Shown here one piece after another: positions 1 to 9,913 of a stretch of 64,000 nt of DNA; the stretch's first letter is position 1, and every line of letters starts with the position of its first letter. A model generated the notes under the pieces. That model had not been told where the DNA came from and searched no databases. It worked only from the letters and a program-made list of their open reading frames with translations. A program made the position numbers and the translations under genes. Source of the DNA: Leucoraja erinacea (lineage: Eukaryota); contig NC_073392.1 in assembly GCF_028641065.1 (NCBI RefSeq), positions 24,800,001-24,864,000 of the forward strand. The letters run 5' to 3'.

Positions 1-394
1 ATGTCGTTTAACCCCTTCGGAGAGGGGGAGCGTGGGTGTGGGAGTGGGTGCGGGAGTGGGCTCTGTGCAATTGCAATGGGTGGGTTTGTGAAGTGAGATA
101 GAAATAATATTGAATTATTGTTCATAAAAGAACGACGTCTGTCCGCTATTGAGTTGCCAGAATTCTAGATTAATTAATTGGCAGAATAGTTAACAATTTA
201 TACAAAGTTTATACAGCCTGCGCTTCATTCGCTTTTTCTTTATCACGAATGACCTTTGATAAATCCCACGATTCCTTGCCTTGTTCGGAATACCGAACTC
301 GCTTATGAAAGACGTAATCTCCGGCTTAAAGTGGAAGATGGCCAAAGGGGAGTCAATTTCAACGAGATCAAAGACAACTCACGGTAAAAATATC

Positions 395-405
395 TTTAAT
401 TTAAT
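395..405 (-). terminator. Candidate CHCHD4 polyadenylation signal (overlapping ATTAAA x2)
   Basis: Plus-strand tttaatttaat; the first poly(A)-like hexamers I found downstream of the stop on the gene strand. Confidence 0.4.
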
Positions 406-1321
406 AGAATGTGATTCGTTTGCCCTGTTGTGGGGAAGGGGCTAGTCACACAGGGTAGCAGCCATCAGTGCAGGTTGGGTGTAGAGTGGCTTCACCCTTG
501 CACGGACAGCACCCCTTCGCCCAAATCAGTGTAGACCCGGTCCTCACTGGACACACGGAGCAAAGCAAGTGCTCAGCATGTAAAGAACAGCAAGACCATC
601 CCCTCCCAACCTTGAGGGAGTCAACCAGCTTCCTCTACACACCTTATCCTTGGGCTCTGCATGGGCACAAGGAAAACACAAAACAACACAAAGTGCTGAG
701 TAACTTGGCGGGTTAGGCAGCATCTCTGGAGAATGTGGATAGGTGACGATTCAGATCAAGGCCCTAAAATCAGTCTGAAGAAGGGTCTCGACCTAAAACG
801 TCTCCATGTTCTCCACAGCTGCGGCCTGACCTGCTTTGTTTGTTTGTCTTTTTGCACAAAGTCTGCGAGCATTGCCACTTTTCATTTCACTGCACATCTC
901 GTATGTGTGTGTGACGAATAAACTTGACTTGACTTAGTTACTCCAGCATTGTCTTTCTGGGCCTTATATACAAACTAATCACTTGTACAAAGCATAAGGC
1001 CAAATGCGCTGGAATAACAGCAGGTCAGACAGCATCTCTGGAGAACTTCAGACTGATTTCATGGCCACCATCCAAAACATCACCTATCTACATTCTCCAG
1101 ACATGCTGCTTGACCCGCCGAGTTACTTCAGCACTTTGTGTATTAACCAGCATCTGTAGTTCTGTGTTTCTACACAGGGGAAGCCCTCATGGCCCCTACA
1201 ACGAAAGCCAAGGCTGTGCTGCTGAGGTGTGGCTGGGCTGAGGAGCAGGTGGAGGGGGGGGGAAGGGGAAGGGGGGGGGAAGGAGGAGAAAAACCAAGGA
1301 GCCCTCCCCTCCCCACCCCAC

Positions 1322-1623
1322 CTATGAGCTGGATCCCTGAGTCTGGGCGAGGGGTGCATCTTGCGGTGGGAGGTCACTCAGCGGCTCCTGATCCGCCGGG
1401 TCTTGCCCCTCGCCCTCTTCATCCTGAGGGTAGAGGTCGGGGTATCGCTGCATGCACTCCTGCATGGTGCGGAACTGGTCCAGACATTCCGAGCCCTTCA
1501 CCTCACCCATGCTGTGGTGGAAGCAGGAGAAGGCGGACTTGAACTGCTCCCCGCACGGCCCACTCGCCATCCCCCCTAGGCACGGGCAGTTCCAGTTGAT
1601 GTCACCGTTCGGCAAGATCAGAC
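1322..1623 (-). CDS. CHCHD4: CHCHD4 exon 3 (CPC + CX9C domain, stop TAG)
   Basis: tttgcag|GT CTG ATC TTG CCG; stop at 1322-1324. Confidence 0.96.
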
Positions 1624-4600
1624 CTGCAAACACAGCGAGGAAGCACGTCAGCAGCTTGAGCGGTAGCACAGCCTCAAGGGGTGAATGGCTTCTTCCTGCC
1701 ATCACATGGGGAGGGCTGGGGAAAAACAGAGGCTTGGGGGGGGGCGAAGGACAAGACTAATAATGGTTTATTATGTTGAGTTCTGGTCACCCCAGAAGAG
1801 GAAGATGTGGAGAGGGTGCAGAGGTTTACATAGAACGTAGTACAATACAGCACAGGAACAGGCTTTTCGGTCCTCAATGTCTGTGACAAACATGATGCCA
1901 AGTTAAATTAATCTTGGAAACCACAGCACTAGGGGAAAACCCACGCGGTCACAAGGAGAACATACAAACTCTGTACAGACAGCATCCAAGAAAAGGATCA
2001 AACCCAGGTCTCTGGCGATGTGAGGCAGCAGCTCCACCTGCTGTGCCATGCTAGAGTTGAGACATAGAGGTGTACAGCACGGAAACAGGCCCTTCTGCCC
2101 ACCATGTCCATGCTGTTCAAGTTGCCATACGGGGCTCGTCCCATTTGCCTACATTTGGCCCATATCCCTCTAAACCCTTCCTATCCATATATCTGTCCAA
2201 ATGTCATTAACATATCATCATTGTAACTGTTTCTGTAGCTTCCTCTGGCAGCTCGTTCCAGATACAGACTACTCTTCGATTGAAAAACGTGTCTGAGGTC
2301 CCTCTTAAATCTCTCCCATCTCACCTCTCACCTTAAGCCTGTGCACTCTAGTTTTAGAATCCTCTACCCTGGGAAAAAGACTATGAGCGTGACTACACAT
2401 TAGGGGGAATTTACAGAGGGCCAATTACCTACAAATTGATCTGGATGATACTGCAGCTACACTAATAGAATCAACAAGGAGAGTGAACCCGGAGACATCA
2501 TGAAATCAGTGCGGAAATAGCGAGAAAGTTACCTCATGGGTAAATATCTCCAGCTTCTGGTTAATGTAACTGTTCAATGTTTCATTCTCGATGTGACGAG
2601 ACATAGTATAACTCTATGACATGTGCCCAAATGTGATGGAGTCATATAGCATGGAAATCGGCCACTTGGCCCACCGCGTCCATACTGACCAGCGGACATC
2701 CATCCATAATAATCTCATCTTCCAGCTCTTAGTTGTGGTTCTCCATGCCTTGGCGATGAAGTGCTGGCCTACACACATCTAAAACACTGTCAGCCACTCT
2801 GCTCCCACCTCACTCTCTGGCCAGGTGTTCCAGGTACTTACCACTCGCTGGGTGAAGGTGGTCAGATCTAGCACCTTGTTTGGGTCTTGCTGATGTTTCA
2901 TGTTCCCAGGGTTTGTAACTGGGACATGCAGGCAAAGTTTTCCACTTGATGCCCTTTGACTTCAGGTCTTCTCAAGGCTTTAGTGCCATCATTGGTGCCT
3001 ATCTTGCTCAAAGGAGGTGGCGTGAATGCTGAAAGTTCCAGGATATTGCTCCAAGAGTTCCTCGGGTGAGCAACACAGATCTAACCACCTTTAGCTCATA
3101 CGTTCATGTTATAGGGGCAGAATGAGGTCATTCGGCCCATTCAATCGTGGTTGATCTATCTTTCCCTCTCAACCCCATTTTCCTGCCTTCTCCCCATAAT
3201 CTTTGACACCCTTACTAGACAGGAACACATCAATCTCTGCTTTAAAAATACCCAATGACCTGGTCTCCACAGCAATGAATTCCACAGATTCACCACCCTC
3301 TGATTAAAGAAATTCCTCCTCATCCCTCCTTTCTAAAGGTACGTTCTTTTATTCTGAGGCTGTGCCCTTTGGTCCTAGACTCTTCCACTGGCAGAAACAT
3401 TCTCTCCACATCTACTCTATCCAGGCCTTTCATTTTTTGGTAAATTTAAATGAGCTTCTCTCTTATTCTTCTAAACTCCAGCGAGTACAGGACCAGTGTC
3501 GGCAAATGCACTTCAAACATGCTAGCGGTTGCAATGATCACCCATAGACCATGTGAGGAGGTCGAACAGAAGAGACCTGTTCCATTCACTATTCTGTCGA
3601 GATTAACACTGATGACAATCTACAACTGAACTGCATCATTCATACAACACAGGACCAGCACATCCTGTTGCTATCGCCACCCAAATCTTCCCCGCCTCCC
3701 CAACCTTCAATGGCATCAACAACAACCACCTGCCTTTAGTCATGGAGCCGTACAGCACGGAAACAGGCCCTTCGGCCCACCTGGTCCATGCTGATCAAGT
3801 TGGTGCACTGGTCTAGTCCCATTTGCCTGCATTTGGCCCATAGCCCTTAAACTCTTCCTATCCTATTTTTTGCACAAAGTCCGCGAGCAGTGCTACTTTC
3901 ATTTCACATCTCGTATGTGTATGTGACGAATAAACTTGACTTGACTATCCATGTATCTGTCTGAATGTCTGTTAAAATTTGTTATGGTGTCTGTAAAGCT
4001 TCCTCGGGCAGCTGGTTTCAGATACGGACTAACCTCTGAGTGTAATGGTTGCTCCCGAGGTCTTTCTTATATATCTCCCCTTCCACCATAAGTCTGGCCC
4101 TCAAGTTTTAGAATCCTCTACCATGGGGGAAAAGACTGTGAGTGTTTACTTTATCCGTGCCCCTCATGATCTTGTACACCTCAATGACGTCACCCCTCAG
4201 CCTCCTACGCTTAATAGAAAGAGTTTATGACACCCTTAAATGAGAACAAACATCCCAAAATGTGACAGAGGCATGCAAGGACATTGGTCAAGGTGACCAA
4301 ATAACACAGTCAAAGTTGAGGTTTTTTAGGCACATCCTCAAAGTAAGGCGGCGAAGAAAGCTTAGGAATTCCAGAGATTAAGGTATATAAAATGATGAGA
4401 GGCATAGATAGGGTGGACAGTCACTACCTTTTGCCCCAGGATGGAAACATCAAATACTAGAGGGCATAGCTTTCAGGTGAGGGTGGCAATGTTTAAAGGA
4501 AATGTGCGAGGTAAGATTTATTTTCACACATATGGTGGTGGGGGCCTGGAACCCAATGGCCAGAGTTGGTGGTGGAGGCAGATACGATAGTGGTGATAGT

Positions 4601-7600
4601 TGGATAGGCACGTGAATGTGCTAGGAATTGAAGGGTATTGATTATGTGCAAGCAGAGGATATTAGTTTAACGGCATCAAGTTCAGTCGGGCTGGTTTAGT
4701 TTAGTTTAGAAGAACAGCACACAAACAGGCCTATTTTTCCCCACCGCATCCACGCTGACCAACAAACACCCATACACTAGCTCCATCCTACGCACTTGGG
4801 ACAAATTACAGAAGCCAATTAACCTACACACCAGCACGTCTTTAGGATGTGTGAGGCACCCGGACACAGGGAGAACGCACAAACTCCGTACAAAAAGCAC
4901 CCGAGATCAGGATCAAACCCAGGTCCCTAGGGCTGTGAGGCAGCAACTCTACATCGGTTCCTCCTCTTTTTTCTCAATTTCCCAATAGCATACAACCTCT
5001 AAAAAGTTCACTTAGTAGGACCCATTGAATGTTATGCATATTCAGACAATATATAACACCATATCTAAAAGTAGTGCGTAACTTGTTCTTAATCTTGTGC
5101 TGTACTGTTCTGTGTTCTGTGAAACCCCATTTGGCGTGGGCTTGGCCATTACCTGTGGGACGGGACGGAGATAGGGAATTCACTGGGACGTAGAAAGGAT
5201 TGGCTGGTCGTGGTTGCAGAGGAAGGTGATCCCAAGATCGGTGAACTGTCACACATCACCAACAACTCACCCTGATCCTCGTAGGGGTCATTGGGGTCAT
5301 CCGCTATCAACTCAGCACTGCTGGGCGCCTCATGATCCTCTTTGGTGACGAAGATGATCCTGTCTTTGCCTGAAAGCCAAAAGAAGATGCAGGTGATGTA
5401 AAACATGATGTAAAAAATGGTCAATAGTTCTTTATCGTCATATGTACAGACGTACAGTGAAACTCTTTATTCCATGCAGTTCAGTAAAGTATTGCCATAC
5501 CCAAGCACAATCCCTGTTTAATACAAATTGTATACAGATAGCCCACTAGTACGCATGCAAGAGGTGCCAGGTTCTAGTGCCATTTTCGAGCTCCAGTCTA
5601 CCGGAGCGGCGCCCGATCCAGACGAGCCCCCGGCTGCTGCAGGGCCTCCAGCAGTCTCCTCCGTCTGGATTGTGTATAATCATGAGGGGACACACCACAG
5701 TGCAACACACAGGTGCTTCTCAGAGTTAAAATGTAAGACCAAGCAACTGCAGATGTTGCTTTATACCAAAGATAAACACAAGGTGCTGGAATAACTCAGG
5801 TCAGGCAGCATAGACACAAAATTCCGGAGTAACTCAGCGGGACAGGCAGCATCTCTGGAAGGAAAGAAGGGGTGACGTTTCGAGTCGAGAACCTTCTTCA
5901 AATTCCTTCTATCCAGAGATGCTGCCTGTCCCGCTGAGTTACTCCAGCATTTTGTGTCTACTTTCGGTTTAAACCAGCATCTGCCATTCCTTCCTCCACA
6001 CAGCTTAGTCGGCATCTCTGGAAAGCATGGACAGGTGACCTTTCGGGTCGGGTTACTTCTTCAGGGGGGGGGGGGGGAATAAGCTGGAAGTGAGAAAGGT
6101 CTGGACAAATCTGCGTATCAGGAAACCCCCTCACCCGAGGTCACCTGTTGCTGGGCCATGATTTGTCCAGCCCTGTCGCGCTTCTAGTTTCCCCCCTGCA
6201 ATCAGAATGTAGAAGAGTCACGACCGAAAACGTCACCCACCCATTTTCTCCAGAGATGCTGCCTAACATGTTGTTTTACTGCAGGATTTCATATCTATCA
6301 TGTCAGATTTAACTCCATTTGTCATCCCTTGGGCCAATCCTGGGAGAAAACTGAACAAGAGAGGTGGGCAGAGGACAAAGCCTGACAATATCATGGCTGA
6401 TCAGCCCCAGATGTCAACTCCTCTTCGGCACCAGTTTCACACAGCTTTCAGCTTTCCAAGCATGGCCAGCATTACTTCCTTGTGTTCACTATCAACACCC
6501 ATTCACAACGGCTAAGCATTCCACTCACTTTAACCCTTTAATCACCTTGACTTGCCACCCCTCTGCACCTGCACCTGCTTACATTACACTGCCCCTTCCT
6601 CCCGAAGTGTCGCTATCTATTTATTCACATTTACCCATTTCCACAAGGCTGTGATTTCCTGGAGATAGATACAAAGTGCTGGAGTAACTCAGCGAGTCAG
6701 ATGATGTTTCAGGTCAGGACCTTTCATTGGACTGAAAGTCCACTCCCATCTACTGTGTTTTCATGGATCCTGTTCCTGCCCTGTGTCTTATTTATTGCTT
6801 TGTCATATTTAATCGCAAGCGGTCTTTCCTGTGCTGCACTTTAGATATGTCACAGAATTGAGGTTATTTGTCCCATTAATTCTATTCTGTGGAATGAGCT
6901 ATCTGCAGGAGAGGTGGAGGCAGATACCATTACAACATTTAATAAACTTTTGGACAGGTGCATGGATAGGAAAGGTTTAGAGGGATATGGGCCAAACACT
7001 AGCAGGTGGGACTAGCATTCCCTATAGTTCTTGATTCTCATACACTGGGGGGAAAAAACTGGCTATCTAACATTTCTATATCTCTCATAATTTTATACAC
7101 CTTCAGTGAGAATAAGCACACCCTGCCCAATTTCTCCCCCCAACCCACGAATCACGCTACCCAACATCTCCCATGTCACAAATAACTTCACCCCCAAGTG
7201 TCTCCCTCCCTCTTCTTTCCCTCTCCCACACCTGCACACCCCCCCCCATCTTCCCCTTCCCTCATGTCTTCCTCCCCGTCAACCCCCTTCCTCCCTCATG
7301 TCAACCATCCGCATGTCTCTGGTACCCCTCCTCCCTCCCTCAGGTACCCCCCTCTCATGCACCCCCCCCATGTATCCCCCTCTCATGCACCCCCCTCTCT
7401 CATGTCTCATGCACCCCCCTCTCTCATGTACCCCCTCTCTCATGTATCCCCCTCTCTCATGTATCCCCCTCTCATGTACCCCTCTCTCAGGTACCCCCCT
7501 CTCTCATGCACCCCCCTATCATGTATCCCCCTCTCTCATGCACCCCCCTATCATGTATCCCCCTCTCATGCACCCCCCTCTCTCATGTATCCCCCCCTCT

Positions 7601-7911
7601 TGTCTACCCCTTCCCTCATGTACCCGCCCTCTCATGTATCCCCCTCTCTCATGTACCCCCCTCATGTATCCCTCTCTCATGTATCCCCCCCTCATGCACC
7701 CCCCTCTCTCATGTATCCCCCCCCCTACCCCTCTCTCATGTATCCCCCTCTCTCATGTACCCCCCTCTCTCATGTACCCCCCCCCCCCCTCTCATGTATC
7801 CCCCCCCCTCATGTATCCCCCTCATCATACCCCCTCTCCCTCGTTCCCTTAGTTCCCCAAGTTCCCTCGTGTCCATGCCCCCCACTCACCCTGCTGCCGG
7901 CAGTGGGACAT
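1322..7911 (-). CDS. CHCHD4: CHCHD4/MIA40 mitochondrial intermembrane-space oxidoreductase, 3 coding exons (7890-7911, 5271-5369, 1322-1623), 140 aa
   Basis: Spliced translation [21 protein letters not shown]...[38 protein letters not shown]...[20 protein letters not shown] contains the CPC motif and twin CX9C. Exons of 22+99+302 nt join in frame with GT-AG introns. Confidence 0.97.
4695..4950 (-). mobile_element. tRNA-derived V-SINE (HE1-like)
   Basis: Reverse complement of the GAGTTGCTGCCTCACAG...GGAGTTTGTGCGTTCTCCC core seen in many copies. Confidence 0.75.
5271..5369 (-). CDS. CHCHD4: CHCHD4 exon 2
   Basis: ttcag|GC AAA GAC AGG ... CAG G|gtgagt; [33 protein letters not shown]. Confidence 0.96.
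5812..5998. mobile_element. Penelope-derived short element, fold-back arrangement
   Basis: GGAGTAACTCAGCGGGACAGGCAGCATCTCTGGA followed by its reverse complement. Confidence 0.75.
7290..7830. repeat. C-rich minisatellite, ~15-18 bp unit CCCCCTCTCTCATG(T/C)A, in CHCHD4 intron 1
   Basis: Roughly 30 tandem degenerate copies visible; source of the spurious Pro-rich ORFs. Confidence 0.93.
7890..7911 (-). CDS. CHCHD4: CHCHD4 exon 1 coding part
   Basis: ATG TCC CAC TGC CGG CAG CAG G|gtgagt, matching the vertebrate MSYCRQEG N-terminus. Confidence 0.92.
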
Positions 7912-7914
7912 TTC

Positions 7915-8110
7915 TCCTCCGTGCGCGCACACGCGCCAAGACCTCTCACCCCGCGCGCATCACGCACGCGGCCAACCAATGGCGGTCGACGGACGGCCCG
8001 ACCAATGGGAAGCGGCTTCGGCGGGGGCGCGTGCACGAGCGCCAGATCCCCGGGGATCTCCCATGCGCGCGCGCGCGCGCCATCCTTCAAACACTGCTGC
8101 ATCGCCGGCA
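7915..8110 (-). promoter_or_regulatory. CHCHD4 CpG-rich promoter (CCAAT boxes, GC boxes, NRF1-like GCGC motifs)
   Basis: CCAAT at ~7976 and ~8002, GGCGGGGGCG, (GC)8 at 8065-8080, dense CpG directly upstream of the ATG. Confidence 0.75.
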
Positions 8111-8679
8111 CAAAATATGCAGCGTGAATAAAAGAATGCAGAGCATGCTTCATGCTCGGAATTACAGCAAGTGTGAGCAGGCCATTCAGCCCCTTGTCTC
8201 CGTGCACACCCTCTGTCCTCACTCTCTCTCCCAGTCAATTCTCCCTCTTTGACAGACAGAAGTCAAGTGTTTAAAATGCACCAGGTATGAAATTCTTACT
8301 TGCTGCAGCTTAACAGGTCCGCAAACACAATAACACAAATTATGTGTGGGAAGGAACTGCACATGCTGGTTTAAACCGAAGATAAACACAAAAATCTGGA
8401 GTAACTCAGTGGGACAAGCAGCATTTCTGGAGAGAAGGAATGGGTGACGTTTCGGGTCGAGACCCTTCTTCGGATTACACACGGATGACTTTATCTTGCA
8501 CTAAACATTATTCCCTTATCATGTATCGATACACTGAGGATGGGTCGATAGTAATGTATAGTCTTTCCACTGACTAGATGTCACGCAACAAAAGCTTTTC
8601 ACTGTACCTCGCTACATGTGACAAAAAATTAAACTAAACTATACAAGAAAACAATAATCTAAAATAAAAGGTCATCACC

Positions 8680-9180
8680 TTTCTAAAAGTACATCCTTTT
8701 ATTCTGAGGCTATGACCTCTGGTCCTAGATTCTCCCACTAACGGAAACATCCTCTCCACATTCACTCTATGGAGGCCTCCCGCGATTCTGTAAGTTTCAA
8801 TTAGATCCTTCTAAACTCCAGCGAGTACAGGGCTAGTGCCAACAAACACTCGGCACAGGTTAACCCAATCATTCCTGGAATAATTCTTGTAAACCTCCTC
8901 TGGACCCTCTCTAACGCCGATACATCCTTCCTCAGATATGGGTCCCAAAACTGCTCACAATACTCCAAGTGCGGTCTGACCAGTGCCTTATAATGCCTCA
9001 TTCAGCATTACATCCCTATTTTTATATTCTGGTCCTCTTTAAATAAATGCTAGCATTGTATATGCCTTCCTTAATACTGATTTCCCTTGCAAATTATCTT
9101 GTTGGGAATCTGTACCAGCACTCACAAGCAAAGATCTTATAGTGGAGCTATAAGATCTTTGCTCACAAGTCCCTTTGCAG
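8680..9180 (-). mobile_element. CR1 LINE ORF2 3' fragment
   Basis: [41 protein letters not shown], typical CR1 RT C-terminus. Confidence 0.9.
9129..9161. mobile_element. 33-bp TIR-TIR remnant of P-like transposon with 8-bp TSD CTCACAAG
   Basis: ctcacaag|CAAAGATCTTATAG tggag CTATAAGATCTTTG|ctcacaag. Confidence 0.85.
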
Positions 9181-9719
9181 CAATGTTGTCCAGAGATGCT
9201 GTCTGACCTGCTGAGTTACCACAGCACTTTGTGACCTTTCAGTTTGTTAAATGTTAATGGTTTATTTTGGAAGACATAGAGGTAGACCATTATAGTCACA
9301 AAGTGCTGGAGTAACTCAGCGAGTCAGGCAACATCCCTGGAGAACGCGGATAGGTGACATTTCGGGTCGGGACCCTTCTTCAGACGATAGTATTATCTCA
9401 TTTAACTGTATAGCATGTAAACAAAAGTTTTCACTGTAACGCGTGACATTAATCATAAACCAAAATCCCCAAATACTTCAGTTAATATCTCCATATGAAG
9501 GGATCATAGCCTAAAAAAATAACTCTCTCCACTCTTGCTGAGAGTTTACATTTTCAGTGTTTATTTCAGATTTCCAACAGCTGTATTTGTATTTACTTTC
9601 TAATTACTTTCCTTGTATGGTTAATTTGTTACACTGTGTAATAAAATCAGCATTAGAGAATATCTTGACCTTTGTGCATTTAATATTGACAAAAGAAACT
9701 CTCAGCCTCCCTCCTGGCA

Positions 9720-9898
9720 ATGGACTTCCGGTTACTCCCCGTGTCCCGGGACTACAGCCCCCAGGATGCAGTGCGCTGCGGCTGGCCTTACGCATGCGTG
9801 GTAGTGCATCCAGTCCGAGGAGGCCGGTAGTTGGGGTCGGCTGGCGGGAGCAAAGATCCTCTATAATCTTTGGGCGGGAGGTCTGGGGCTGGGTGGCG
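9720..9898 (+). promoter_or_regulatory. TMEM43 promoter/5'UTR: ETS/GABP site, ZNF143 (SBS) site, NRF1-like site
   Basis: ACTTCCGGT 9724-9732; ACTACAGCCCCCAGGATGCA 9751-9770; ACGCATGCGT 9791-9800. Confidence 0.75.
9851..9872. mobile_element. 22-bp TIR-TIR remnant of P-like transposon with 8-bp TSD GGCGGGAG
   Basis: ggcgggag|CAAAGATCCT CTATAATCTTTG|ggcgggag. Confidence 0.8.
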
Positions 9899-9913
9899 AT
9901 GGCCAGACCACAG
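9899..9913 (+). CDS. TMEM43: TMEM43 exon 1 coding part (MARPQ)
   Basis: gcgATGG Kozak context; CAG|gttaga; phase 0 matches exon 2. Confidence 0.8.

Noticed and set aside
7106-8252. Long Pro/Ser/His-rich ORFs (248-359 aa)
   Set aside because: Stop-free translations of the minisatellite in all three frames, antisense to CHCHD4 intron 1
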